Below, one piece after another: positions 12,110 to 24,983 of a stretch of DNA of 64,000 nucleotides (its first letter is position 1; the number at the start of each line of letters is the position of its first letter). The notes below the pieces were generated by a model. It worked only from the letters and a program-made list of their open reading frames with translations, did no database searches and had not been told where the DNA came from. The stretch covers positions 23,374,001-23,438,000 of the forward strand of contig NC_092674.1 in NCBI RefSeq assembly GCF_964355755.1. Direction: 5' to 3'. The stretch comes from Antedon mediterranea. Taxonomy: Eukaryota; Animalia; Echinodermata. The position numbers were made by a program, and so were the translations under genes.

Positions 12110-13456
12110 TCTATATATAAATTTACGTAAGGGCAAAATTCGGTAAATCGCGCCTTACTTCTAGAATTTTTACTCGATGGTATATAAAGTTGGTTCGTAC
12201 TTTCGGTACTGATTTTAACCACCTGATGTAACCCTGTTTACTAATTAAATTAAGTTAGATAATTAGTTATTGACGATTAAAATGAATTTAGGTTCAACGA
12301 TTTGCCTCAAATAGGGGTGTTTTCCGATCGTGGTATACACTGTCTAATGGATGTCCATCTTGAAAAATACCCGCCACAAAAATGCGAGGAGGGTTCGCAT
12401 TTTCATATCTCCTCCTACGATAATTGTTTTTAATAGCTGAAAATTGGTTGAACAGCTAGAGTACAGCATCATAATGTTGAAGACAGGCCGATTTTCTTTA
12501 AAAAATACTATTTTGATAGATTTAATATACGATTATACAAATGTATTGATTTGCGATGAATGGAACATCCCAATCTCTCGGTCTGCCAGAGTTTGGTTTA
12601 ACACAAGTAGGTAGATTTATGAGCCCTTGGTTTAACACATACGGTAGGTAAATATATGGGCCCTTTGAGAATAAACTTGAGCAATACTGTAAATACTGTA
12701 CCTATTAACTATTTTTGGTCCTCATTTGAATCGAACATTTCTTACTGTGAATGTTCGTACTGTTGGATGTAATATAAAAATATATACAAATAAACGTTAT
12801 TACTGAGATTGTGGATAGGCTCTACTGTTAGATATATAAACACATTATTATATACACATAAACTTTATACTGACAGTTCCTTCTCAACGTTTGTATTAAT
12901 TAATAATTACCAACAATATAAACGTCGTAGTGTTGTATCGTGACATGTACTTTAATATTTCAATCGATTATGACAGTGACAGTTTTAACAAAGTATTAAA
13001 TCGCACATGTTTTACTGTATTTAGAGGTATATTATTTATAGGCGTATAAAACATGAAAAAAATCTTTCGTTACTGAGTGGATAAAGAATATATTTAAAAA
13101 TTGTTCCTCTTTGTACCTATCCGCTTTCCCATCCCTCAACCCTATGTTACATACAAAACACAAATTGGGTTTCTTTAAATGAGTCCAAATCAAAAATTTT
13201 GACTCATTTTGTGATAAGTTTCTCCTTCGGAAGTAATTCCCAGGGTGCTAATTTTAGTTGACTACATAAATCATCGTGTCTATTTATTCGTTTCTGTATA
13301 CGACAATTATAGTATTATAGTCCTGCGGAACGTACGTACGTACGTACGTACGTATTTGAAATCGCCAGTTTTGTTACCCTGAAATTACTGTGTATTGGAG
13401 AACCATATGTGGGCACGACCTAGATGGTACGCGAGCGAAGCGAGCGTACCATCTAG
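12110..13456 (+). mobile_element. Non-autonomous Helitron
   Basis: 5' end A|TCTATATATAA; 3' GC-rich hairpin ending CTAG|T; internal (ACGT)n microsatellite near 13330; no TSD. Confidence 0.65.
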
Positions 13457-15373
13457 TAATATTAATTAAGACGCTAATAAAAAAACAACAGAAATCTGTA
13501 TAGGCTCTATACGAGTGTAAACTATATCGTTGCTGTGGTGTTATGTTGACTTTTCGTAATTATACGGCATATTGTTCTATATTTATGAAATTCCATGTAA
13601 GCCTAATAGAAATGAATTAATCATGCGATTCATAGAAACAGAATTAATATTTTGCAGTGTTTCATTAACCACCACACAGAATGTAAATTCCTTCTTTGGT
13701 GGTGAACTTACTAAGAATTGGTTAATATGTTTCAATTGTTCCTTTATCATATGGTTTTACATTCATTCTGTGATATTGAATCAGCTTTCGTTTTAGAAAC
13801 GCCTCAAATAAAAACGTTTCGCTTTTAAAAATTAGCAGACTTGTCTACAAACGTTATGTTACAAAAAATGTGATGTGCCCATATATGACCATGATGATGT
13901 TATAACACTACAATATTTGAGTATATCACTACCAATACTTTTGGGCACATCACGCGTTTTTATGTTGTCAAAATAGTTTGATAGTGTAGACAGAGCTTGG
14001 TACGATACGAGCACGTACTCTGTGTTTTAGGGTTACTTTTCGTGTAGGCATTATTGTCAAATTTTACCAAATAAATGGACCGTCATAAACAGAGGGAATG
14101 AGGCTTTAATCTAGGGAAAGGGGTGAAAGTTTGTAGGTTTGTTGTTCGTATTGTGCGAGTGCACGCATTCATACACACGGGGTATCAAAATGAGAATTAG
14201 ACTAGTACTGCGATGTTTAAACTGTGTGGGGTTTGTTGTTGATAGGCCTATCCAATTCAGAATTCATGTGCTTGAGAAACTCCACATGAGGGAGGGGGAG
14301 TGGGCAGCAGCATGGCGCAGTGCTGGCATAATTTCTGATACTAAGATCGCACTCTTCCAGAAAAATTTAGGATGGTGGAAACTATAATATATCACCCGAT
14401 ATCTCCAAATTTCCAGAATCTGGTTTTAAGGAAAGCCAATACTTCGTGTCGGGTGCCATGGTGTGATACGGAGGCCACCATATGCCTCCACGTCCACCAG
14501 ATCATTTCGTCCTAAAAATAATGAACTTTAAAGTAGGAACTGGTACGGTAATTCAGTAAGGTAGGCTTTATTAAATACAATACAAAAATAACTTTTTTTT
14601 TTTACATATAATAAATACAACAATTATAAACGATTTAACTTGAACCTTCTGAGAACATTGGTAAAATCCTATGTTTTTTTAGTAACACAACAAATAACTT
14701 ACCACGAATAATCGGTAGCAATACAATAGAAAGTATCAGGCAATAATGAAATAAGCAATAATGTGCTTTAGGCCCTATTTTTATTATTTCGACATCGAAA
14801 GTCTATTTTTAGACAGAACAAGGACCATAACGTTTATAAATAATGTTTTAAACAGCGGATTGAGTAACATCAGCAGCTAATTCTCACTCCAATTTTGAGT
14901 TCTCAATCGTCGAACCGTGATTATTAAAATCAAAACACTGAATTTTATATTTTAAACAATTTCTCATTCGATGGCAAGATATTTGACAGATTAGCTCCCT
15001 TAGATAAAGATATATTTCTTCGCCTGCAATCGCAATTCTAGTGTAGGACTAGGATAGTTACGCAGAAACACTTAATATTAAGTCGATGCAAAAGAAACCT
15101 GCCCCAAGTCTCTAATTAATGTCTTTTTTATGTTGTTTCCAATCAGCAGTGGCTTAACGCTGGAGGAATAGACCCCTGTTTAGCACTCCTCAAGGGCCCT
15201 CTAACGTGGGGTAGTTGGAGTGGGCCTTGGTTTAGCCAGTGATCGCTCATAGCCGTTACGCTACTACCGCCTTTGGAAAACCCCTACGAAGGGTACACTT
15301 TCCGGCGGAATGAACAAGAGATAGGCCTATATAATGTTTAAACACTATGATCATCCATGGGACACCCATCTTA

Positions 15374-15550
15374 AGGCCAATTTACACAGACTCGAACGGT
15401 AATGGTAAACGGAAAACCGCGTAGATTGTCCAACGTAGAATCTATTTATCCTGAGCGGAACCGCCCGTCCGTTGTGTGGATGGTCATAAGGAATAATATA
15501 GATTCGATATTAATGTATTACCGTTACGGTATCGTCTTTGTAATTTGGCC
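15374..15550. mobile_element. MITE family E (Harbinger-like)
   Basis: TIR ggccaatttacacagac...tgtaatttggcc. Related copy at 31689-31880 and a fragment at ~37596-37620. Confidence 0.7.
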
Positions 15551-15961
15551 TTCAAGAAGGGACACTCTTTAATAGGGAATTCTACTGTATAATGTTGAAT
15601 CACCGTCTAGAATCTAGACTTACACCGATCTACCAGACAAAGACATTTTGTTCTATATTGTGCGTATTTTGCAATTGCTCTTGAACTTTTTTCAATAATA
15701 GTTTTGATTACTTGTTATTCACATTAAGTTAACAATTGTATTCACATTTCTATTTATAAATTCCTAACATGGTAAATATAGCTATTATGTAAACCAAATT
15801 CTATAAATAGGAAAAACACAACAGAAACTATTCGTTGATCAACTATGTAGGCTAAATTATTCCTTTTCATTATGCAATAGAGCGAAGAATCACCTGGTCC
15901 AGCATTGCAAACATTTCCGAAGATTACTGATACTCTGCTTGTTAATCGTCATATCGCGTTT

Positions 15962-16793
15962 TTAAGTTGTCCATTGCGTTTGTAACGGAATTGAAACAAA
16001 CTCTGTTTCTACGGCATCAACAGGATTTACTTTACCGTCGTCGCAGGTAACGATTGGTGTTGATTCTTTCACGACCTGTGAATACGACGGTGGTAATATC
16101 TCAGTGGAAAGGGGCGGGAACTGAAAGTTTCCGCCACCGTTGAATTTTCCCACTATCCGTATTGTCCTCCCCGGGGGTGATCGCATGGTGACCCCGCAAC
16201 CTTCGCTTGACTGTTTATTTCTTTTTCTGCACTGTCTTGATTCGTCTGTGACCGCGCAGAGAGCCCATCCGTTCATGAAACTGAAGAATATAAGAAATGC
16301 GTAGAAAAACCCTATTGAAATGTTACTCAGCTGAGAATTCATTGAAAAGTTCTGCATTATAGTTGAAAACAAATAGAGTAACGGTATTACGCCGTTACAG
16401 ACTACGGTAAAAACGGTATTTGTAAAAACTACGACGCCGTACCGACGGAAATCGCGTTTCCAGTAGGTGCTTATAAGTCTTTGTATTTGATAGGTTGGGC
16501 GGCTACCCTGTGACGTCATAACTATTAGTCCAATAAACGGTTCCTCTTGAATACACAGGGCAACGGAAAACGCCGTAATTGCGACGATGTCGTATACGAT
16601 GTTCACCATGCGATTGTGAGATTTCACGAGAACGTTGACCGATAACATGAAGATAAACATGCCAAGAGCCACACTAAATGCCACTTGAATCTCTATGTCA
16701 GACGTTTTAAGCCGGTCAGATAGAACACCAGACGTAAACGTGATTACGATAGCCAGTATTGGTAAAACTAGACCAACAATAACATCCAGATAT
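15962..16793 (-). CDS. Exon 2 of a multipass membrane protein (degenerate TLC-domain-like, 333 aa total)
   Basis: Long ORF with 5-6 hydrophobic segments and a PPSY-containing tail. Acceptor ttttatag|A is phase 2, matching exon 1. Confidence 0.75.
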
Positions 16794-16971
16794 CTATAAA
16801 AAGGCACAGAATGTTATAACATATTGAAAAGGTAGACATAATGGTGGGTCGGTTGCGTAATATCACGCGACGCAAATCACAAGTATACTGGTAGCTCCGT
16901 CGCTTGTGATTTGTCAACATTATAACATTATTTTAAAGCTTCATTTAAAAAAATGATCCTCATTAAATTAA

Positions 16972-17257
16972 AGATGTATTGTCCCCCAAAAACATGAAAA
17001 AAATAAAGATTAATTAAATCAGACTTTGAGTAGGTTATTTTGTAGTTTTAATCAAGTTAATCACTTCCTTAAAAAAAAACAAAAAAAAAAGTTTTCCCTT
17101 ATAAAATGGCAAAATAAATGGTTAAATTCAACCAAAAATCCACTGGCTGGCAGTCAAACTTGACTATTTTTGTAATTTTGGTCAAAGTGGATAACTATTA
17201 TATGACAATGGCATATTAAAATAAATAAATAAATATTTTTTCAGGGGACAATACATT
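16972..17257. mobile_element. MITE family C in intron
   Basis: ttaa-agatgtattgtcccc ... ggggacaatacat-ttaa. Confidence 0.75.
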
Positions 17258-17639
17258 TAATCTAAAAGTCATAAATAATATAATGAAAATATTACTTTTA
17301 ATTTTAAAACTTATCTTAAGATTGAATATTGCAGTTAATATTTTCAGTAGACCAGCATATTTTATTTTTTCATATCTTCAGGAGGTCTATACATTTTAAT
17401 TATGATTTTTCAAAGAATTATTTTTTTTAATTGGTGAATTAATAAAAGAAGATGGCCAAAATTTCATGTATAATGTATCAAAATTGCATGCGTAATTATG
17501 ACGTTCATGCCCCTGGGCATCTGACAAAGCTTTCCTTCACATACATTAGCATTTGTGCATTATAAAATAGCGACGCCCATGCAACATTAACTTAACAAAA
17601 TTTACCATTTTCAAACAAAATAAATAAAATAAGACTCAC

Positions 17640-17809
17640 ACAATCCGCATTTCGTTTGCGTGGCTCCTGTGAAAATACAAACATCCCGATGGAGAGCTCT
17701 TCCATTTTTTTAAAACCTTTTCTACACAATTGTAAATAGCAAAGTAAAGGAAGCCTGTGACATTTACAGTGACTGATATAACCAGCAAGACTAATAATTG
17801 TAAGAACAT
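17640..17809 (-). CDS. Exon 1 of the multipass membrane protein
   Basis: Translates as MFLQLLVLLVISVTVNVTGFLYFAIYNCVEKVLKKWK...NEMRI. Donor GT|GTGAGT is phase 2 and joins exon 2 in frame (GT+A = Val). Confidence 0.75.
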
Positions 17810-17967
17810 GATTACACCAGTCTGTAGTTTACTAAATCAAGACAGTATTCTTACTGATATTTGTAATCTCCCTTTAGACGTACTCAGGATACGTCCTTCC
17901 TCTGCAGATTTAAAGTTATAAGTTAAAGAAATGAATACGATTACCCGCTTAAATATAAACCAGAATG

Positions 17968-18023
17968 TGGGGAATTACAAATGGGATTTCCAAGAATGAC
18001 GTGACGTCATAGGGAAATTCCCT
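17968..18023. promoter_or_regulatory. Candidate NF-kB and CRE site cluster upstream of the membrane-protein gene
   Basis: ggggaattac, gggatttcc, tgacgtgacgtca and gggaaattccc within ~55 bp, 160-210 bp upstream of the ATG. Confidence 0.35.
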
Positions 18024-18519
18024 GCTATAATAGCATACGACGTACAGTATTTGTTTTGATACCGGATTTTTTATAGTGATTATTTTGTAGTTTCTATATC
18101 TGTTCAATTGATTGATATCTTCCTTGTTTTCTAAAAATAGTCTAATTTTCCTTGTACATAACGCGGGACATAACGATTGGCTGATTTAAAAATATAACAT
18201 TGCTTCCTAATTGTACAGTACCTTATGAGATCATTATAACATATTGTATGCTTATTTGGTAAACACATTATCCTAAGCCTAGAGGCATATACCCCTTTTA
18301 TTATAATTATTATACTGTACTATAGATATAAGATACCCAATCCAACCCAACCTCAGAAAGAACATGTCCTCATCCTACCTGATCCTACCCATCCAGGTTG
18401 GTTTTCAAGTAGGCCTAGTTTAAAACCTTCCAAATGAAAAGCAATCATCCACAATAGCAAACGCGCACATAGTGGACAAAGCATTATGTACTATGTACAC
18501 CATACATGTATTAGACGTG

Positions 18520-18685
18520 GCCCAAGTCTGTATTTATAATTATTGTACAGTATTTCCATCCATAATAGTACATCCGTCAGCGTTTCGATTTTTGTCTGGA
18601 AATTATTTGGTGTATGGAACGCCATATGTGCCAAAATCTAATTTTTGCTAATATTCATTCGAAATACGGTCTAGAACCTAGACTA
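18520..18685 (+). mobile_element. Dispersed repeat family D
   Basis: Core tatgaaacgccatatgtgccaaaatattt...actccgtctggaacccagacta also at ~8748-8855 (-), 32280-32465, 33207-33367 and 60311-60421. Confidence 0.7.
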
Positions 18686-18847
18686 TACATGCATACGCAA
18701 TGGTCACAATTGGAATTGGAAGAGTTCTTTTTACATAATGATTTGGATCCCAGACTCTAGGACGCAACACAAGTACGTAGAGCACAACGTAAATTGATTT
18801 GACCAATCACAAGCGATGCATAATATGCTGTCGCTTGTTAAACATGT

Positions 18848-19374
18848 TTTCCATACAACGTTATTCGACGCTATCGTTAAAAATAATCGCTGAACCTATA
18901 CGTTAAAATTGAAATGTAAACGATTTACAGGAAAAGATAATAGGGACTTTACGAAACAGGATGGAAAGCCACAGGACGGTGCTCATGAATAATTTATGCA
19001 TGAGCTTTAACAAAGTGGGCAGGGCTTAGTCAGCCTGAAATTCCGTCGTCTTAACTTTTTAAGGACGATAAAGTTTTCCCGTTTCTGTTCACGGAGAACG
19101 ACTAGAAATAATGTACATATAACCTTAAATATACAGTTCAAATTAAACATAATAGTGGAATTTTCGAAATTCTAAATAACAATTAAACTTCTAATTTAAT
19201 TGTTTACGCATTTAAGACGTCGAGGAAAGAGACAGGGGTTTTAACTCTAACGTTCAACGCTAGAAATCAAATTTTCGCTCTATTGTTATCATTTCAACTT
19301 GATCGTTTTCAAACGTTCGTCGTTGAACTTTTAACGATCAACGATGATAATGTCGAATAACATCGACAGGAAAA
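18848..19374. mobile_element. Inverted-repeat element nested in a decayed family A-like MITE
   Basis: tttcc..caacgttattcgac..tatcgtt pairs with aacgat..gtcgaataacatcgacaggaaa; MITE-like halves lie on either side. Confidence 0.45.
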
Positions 19375-20349
19375 AGGTTCAGATCTTCTACGTTTTTTGC
19401 ATTGCGTCATTGCCTTGCCCGGAGAACCAACTTAAAGCTCTGTTGGCCGGCACTACCACCAAGCTTTATGTGACAAAAATGGATACGATGATGTCAAATT
19501 AATACTATATTTGAGAACATCGCACTCTTTGTCAAAACTAGTTTGATAGTTTAGACAGATCTTAGAACCAAGAAATGACAGGACTTTCTTCCTGCGTATT
19601 ATTAACGCTGCAGTTAGTGTTTACAACTATAACATTGAGCATGAAGAAATAAGTTAAAACACTAGAGAGGGTGCCCTCACTCTCTAGTAGCGCAGGTAGC
19701 TAGGCACATCGTTCTTGGTCGGATTTTAAAAAGAAAACAGATTCTCGAGTTTATTTTTTCTTTACCCGATGTTGGTCGACTGTCTGAGTAGTTAATTGAT
19801 TTGATGTCATTATTTTGCAATGCATTCGTATTTACTTTGTTACGAAATGAATAACGAAACAAAATGTTTAAACAATTTTTTAATCGAATGTCGCCACCCA
19901 CGGCCAACTTTTGATAGAGGGCAGCAATAGTTGGTTTGTCTTGTGACGCGTTTGTAGATCAGTTCAGACATATTAATTTCGGTCCCTTTACCTTATCAAC
20001 CTTTTTAAACAAACAACCATTAGGCCTAAAATTTAAATTCAAGTACGGTCTTTATTATTTTTTAAACACTAAATCACTTCAGGAAGACTGTAACTTGGCC
20101 TTATTGTTGAAACATTAATTTGTTCCATGACAAATCGTCCTCTTTGTTAGTGGTGTTCCGCTGATTGTTTTTCGATTACAGAATTATGCCTCCTCTGTTT
20201 GCTTTAAACTGTACAATTGATTGCAAGAAAGCCTAAATACATGGATTTAAGTATGTAATAATTTCGACCCCTTTACCTTATCAACCTTTTTTTAACAACC
20301 ATATGCCCACCTTAAATAAAATTTAATTCAAGTACGGTATTTATTATCA

Positions 20350-20555
20350 AACACTAAATAACTTCTGGAAGACTGAAAGACGTGAGTAGGTGACCGCTAA
20401 TACGTCAACTACCAAATTAGGCCTTGCTCTTTCCTCAGCAGGGACGTCACTAGACACCTTTGATTCACGCGCGCGTTCAAAAACTGATGAAAATGTACGC
20501 GCGTGTACAAAAACTGATAAATGTACGCGCACTCCAAATAACGTGGGTGTGACGT
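20350..20555. repeat. CpG-rich duplicated module, copy 1
   Basis: Near-identical to 21807-22042. A partial third copy of the flank lies at ~19984-20140. Confidence 0.85.
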
Positions 20556-20696
20556 GACAGGGTGAGTACGGTAACCGATTTACACAACCAATTTGCATTG
20601 TGTTCAACTATCTTAGAATTAAGCATACTTTATAGATACTGTATTTGTAAAAATCCAAATGAAAATTCCGGCTAGGATAAACAAAAATAGTAGCTA

Positions 20697-21068
20697 ACTA
20701 GAAGGCGCTCCGAGTGTGCATACCCCCGCATACTGTAACATTCTCCTACATAAGATTTCACAAAAAAAAATAATATCTTTTTTTGTGTGTGTGTCTTAAT
20801 GCTGTGCGTGATTAGGCTAATTTCACTAAACCACGCGTATGCGAGTTTGTAATCAGCCTTTCAACTAACAATAGTTTCAGTTGACTAACAACAGAACAGT
20901 AACGCCAAAACAAACGGGTGAATTTAAAAAGAAATATTTAAAACTATTCATATCAAAAAACATGTAAATTAAATCAAATTTATGTTTTAAAATTACAAAT
21001 CACAAATTATAAATCCTGCTAACGAACACACGCGATCGACTCCACAACCTCCTTGGCGGAGCTAATAA
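20697..21068 (-). mobile_element. Helentron-associated non-autonomous element (HINE/DINE-like)
   Basis: Minus strand begins ttattagctccgccaaggaggttgtg and ends tgcgggggtatgcacactcggagcgccttctagtt (sub-terminal IR, hairpin and CTAG). Confidence 0.6.
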
Positions 21069-21806
21069 GAGACATTGTGAACACTATTTTATATAACATT
21101 TTATTGATAAAAAACAAAGAAAATAGCAAATGAAATATTAAAGACATGTCAAAAAGTACAATTAAGTATTAATTTCACACTTTAGTCCAGATTGGAAGCG
21201 TGGGTAATAATACAATTTTGATAATACATTTGATTTACCGTCAACCACACGTAACAATGAAAAAACGTATTCTTTTCCCACCGAGACAATATCATAAATA
21301 TAATATAATAATAATTCAATCTATCTATCGGTTTATGGTTCAACATTATTCTACTGCAGTTACTGCAATAAAGTTTGATTCAGTATGTAAAAAATGTCAT
21401 AAGATGCAATAGCAGTGTACGATTACCGTAAAAAAAAGAATGCTTAACAAATAAATTACAACAATATAGTTACTGTAGTACGTGACTTAAGTAGAATCAT
21501 TTTGACATGACTCCTAATTGTAATGCACATTTTGAATGTATCTGATAGTAGAACTATTTTACGACAAAGTGAAGTGTCTTAACTGGTTTTGAAGAAAGAT
21601 AAAACACATGGTTTTGAAAATAAATTACACCAATCACATCAAAAGAGCGTAGCCTTAGGCCTACACATACACTACACTCGTCCGTCCAACAAATGTAACT
21701 TTAATACTTGGCCGTATTGTTAAAACATGAATTCCCCTAATTTATTTCATGAGGAAGCGTCCTCAATCATAGGCCTACCTTAACTAACATTTATTTCAAG
21801 TACGGT

Positions 21807-22042
21807 AAACACTAAATCACTTCTGGAAGACTGAAAGACGTGAGTAGGTGACCGCTAAAGCGTCAACTACCAAATTAGGCCTAGATCTTTCCTCAGCAGG
21901 GACGTCACTAGACACCTTGATTCACGCGCGCGTTCAAAAGCTTATGAAACGTACGCGCGCGTAAAAAAATGATGAAAATGTACGCGCGCGTCAAAAGTTT
22001 GATGAGAATGTACGCGCGTCAAACAACGTGGGTGTGACGTCA
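21807..22042. repeat. CpG-rich duplicated module, copy 2
   Basis: Matches 20350-20555 but has one extra tgatgaaaatgtacgcgc subunit. Confidence 0.85.
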
Positions 22043-22443
22043 CCGATGATTGTGCGTCATTTGGAGAATACGAATACTTTGGTCAATTTAATTTTAAGAA
22101 CACTTTTTAAAATCACACCAAAAAAATAAAAATAGAAACATCGCCATCAACGTTTATGTTGTCTCTTTTCAATCTCACATTTTTGTAAAACGTCTACATC
22201 GGATCACGAACAGTCAACCATGATGACTCCTCCATTTGGCACAACTATAACTTCAGTAAATTGATTGTCTCTTTTCGCAAACTTATATTTAATATTAGAG
22301 GCCTAAAACATAAGAGCAGCAAAAACTGTGACTGTCAAACGCTATTTTGATCTTCGTACCATAATAAAATATTTACCAAAATCAAACATTTATTTCATAA
22401 ATTTAAAGACAAAAAGTAATACTATATAACATTAGTTTCATTG

Positions 22444-23268
22444 TTATTTTTTAAATGGGTCCGTTCTTTTCAAATCAGGTGGCGGATATCCAAACATGAT
22501 GAAATCAACCAAATATTTTTCTACAAATCTCTGCAGATAATTTAAATGAACAGAGTTCATTTCATCTGAAATTTTTTCCTGGGTAGTGGGTTTATACCAT
22601 TGTTGTCTCTGTGGAAAAAACGTGTTGCTCTCGGCGCCTATCGTTTTTAAAACGTTGTTCGCGTCGACACTTAGATATTCAAACGATCCTATAAAATCAA
22701 AGTTGACGGCACACGGCTGACATAACTCGTTCATCGGCCTCCAATGCATATCCATGTCGGACGTATCCGTGTCTAATAAATATCTAATAAACTCTTCGAA
22801 AGACACATCATCGCCTTTCACATTACCTTCTACTAAGTTCCTGCGATATTTTTTCACAATCGGTACGCCATACCGCTTATGGAACGCCACTATATTTTCC
22901 TTGAATTTATTTCTGTAAGCGGATACCAGCCTTGATATTGGGTCGCGAACAAACATAAACTTAAAATAGGTTTTTAATTTAACGTCAATTTCCTCTTTGC
23001 TAAAGCTGTCCAAAAATACTAAATCCTTTTTATGATCCATTTTCTGAACTGTGTTAATATCATCTAGGCTCCCTTGTATATATTTTATTATACGTTTCCA
23101 GTTGGAACAGGCCACTTTCGGTACATAACAATATAAAAATTTGCGTTCTTCATCGACAATTATTTGATGAAAGACCGATTTAGGCTCGGGTAATTTCCAA
23201 ACATCGTTTCTGGCTGGATCACCCGCACACATTGTCTGTAACGTTTTATTGCGCATTTTTCTTGCAAT
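22444..23268 (-). CDS. CHST14: Carbohydrate sulfotransferase 14 / dermatan 4-O-sulfotransferase-like, catalytic exon
   Basis: 5'PSB FLYCYVPKVACSNWKR and 3'PB FVRDPISRLVSAY. CHST14-typical KMDHKKDLVFL, CQPCAVNFDFIGSFE and FPQRQQWYKP. Acceptor ttctttcctcag|ATT is phase 0. Confidence 0.9.
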   Translation of the reverse strand: MARKMRNKTLQTMCAGDPARNDVWKLPEPKSVFHQIIVDEERKFLYCYVPKVACSNWKRIIKYIQGSLDDINTVQKMDHKKDLVFLDSFSKEEIDVKLKTYFKFMFVRDPISRLVSAYRNKFKENIVAFHKRYGVPIVKKYRRNLVEGNVKGDDVSFEEFIRYLLDTDTSDMDMHWRPMNELCQPCAVNFDFIGSFEYLSVDANNVLKTIGAESNTFFPQRQQWYKPTTQEKISDEMNSVHLNYLQRFVEKYLVDFIMFGYPPPDLKRTDPFKK

Positions 23269-23661
23269 CTGAGGAAAGAACAAGTTTAAACGTTAGACAA
23301 GAGTACTAATTTAAAAAAACACATTTTATCGATGTTTATGCTGTTTATAGAGCAAACATATTCAATTAAACACTTTTCACATACAAGGGTGCCGATCCGT
23401 TTTGAGTATGAGGGAGGCCGGAGGAAACATTTCGAAGGAAAAAAAATCCAAACCCACAAAACAGTGCCGCGGAGTTTCGCTGCTTCGTGCAAATGTTGAC
23501 ATCTGAAAATGTAGAGCCCTCCCCACCCCCAGGGATCTGCGCCGCCAGTACTGTAAGCATTCAGTTGCAACCACATGCCAGAAATTGGTAACACAATACA
23601 GAAGAAGAAGCTATGTTAAACTTATTTGAATATTGCTTTCATTTCTTGCTTTCAATAATGA

Positions 23662-24383
23662 AATACCAAAGAAACAAAAACCAATACCAAAGAAACAAAA
23701 ACCAATACCGAAGAAACAAAAACCAATACCGAAGAAACAAAAACCAATACCGAAGAAACAAAAACCAATACCGAAGAAACAAAAACCAATACCGAAGAAA
23801 CAAAAACCAATACCGAAGAAACAAAAACCAATACCGAAGAAACAAAAACCAATACCGAAGAAACAAAAACCAATACCGAAGAAACAAAAACCAATACCGA
23901 AGAAACAAAAACCAATACCGAAGAAACAAAAACCAATACCGAAGAAACAAAAACCAATACCGAAGAAACAAAAACCAATACCGAAGAAACAAAAACCAAT
24001 ACCGAAGAAACAAAAACCAATACCGAAGAAACAAAAACCAATACCGAAGAAACAAAAACCAATACCGAAGAAACAAAAACCAATACCGAAGAAACAAAAA
24101 CCAATACCGAAGAAACAAAAACCAATACCGAAGAAACAAAAACCAATACCGAAGAAACAAAAACCAATACCGAAGAAACAAAAACCAATACCGAAGAAAC
24201 AAAAACCAATACCGAAAAAGCAAAAACCAATACCGAAGAAACACAAACCAATACCAAAGAAACAAAAACCAATACCGAAGAAACAAAAACCAATACTGAA
24301 GAAACAAAAACCAATACTGAAGAAACAAAAACCAATACTGAAGAAACAAAAACCAATACTGAAGAAACAAAAACCAATACCAA
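23662..24383. repeat. 21-bp minisatellite, ~34 copies, intronic
   Basis: Unit aataccgaagaaacaaaaacc. Confidence 0.97.
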
Positions 24384-24806
24384 AAACAAAACTATTTTTA
24401 ATAGTCAGACAGTTCATTTCTGTAGAAAACAAAGTTTGGATTGGACAGATCTTTAATCGGGGAAGATTGAGTAATTTCACACTGATAACATTTATAACTG
24501 AATCTTTATAGTATTTCTTTCATTACTCTTTGTTTCAACCCTTATCCCCATCACATTCATTCATTCATTCGCTCTTCACTTTATCTTTGGTTATACGCCA
24601 TCCACGTAGGAGCCTCCTACTGTAAAGTTACATACATAATAAAAATGACATGACATAACAACAATGGGTTTGTTGTCATTAGTAGACGATCCTTGATATT
24701 TGGAGACGGAAATCTAATGAGCTCCAATGTTATTATTTTATTGGCAGACTCTTGTAAAGTAGGCCTACGTTTACTCGCGAGCGTACAGTCTGTACACTGT
24801 TGTGTG

Positions 24807-24983
24807 CAGTGGCGTGACGGTGGCTAAACCCAGGGGCCCGGAGCTTATGGAGCCCCTGAGCAGTGCCCAGAGGAAAAAAGCAGGCATTTAAATATGTCGA
24901 AAAAGGCTAAAAATGCCGGATGTCTCCAACATTGGAGGGCTACTTACGGTTCCTAAACCAGAGGCCTTTGAGTTACGCCACTG
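24807..24983. mobile_element. hAT-like MITE
   Basis: TIR cagtggcgt...acgccactg; 8-bp flanks gttgtgtg and tttgtgtg (7/8 identical). Confidence 0.7.

Noticed and set aside
23611-24511. Five overlapping 228-292 aa ORFs
   Set aside because: They arise from the stop-free 21-bp minisatellite inside the CHST14 intron.
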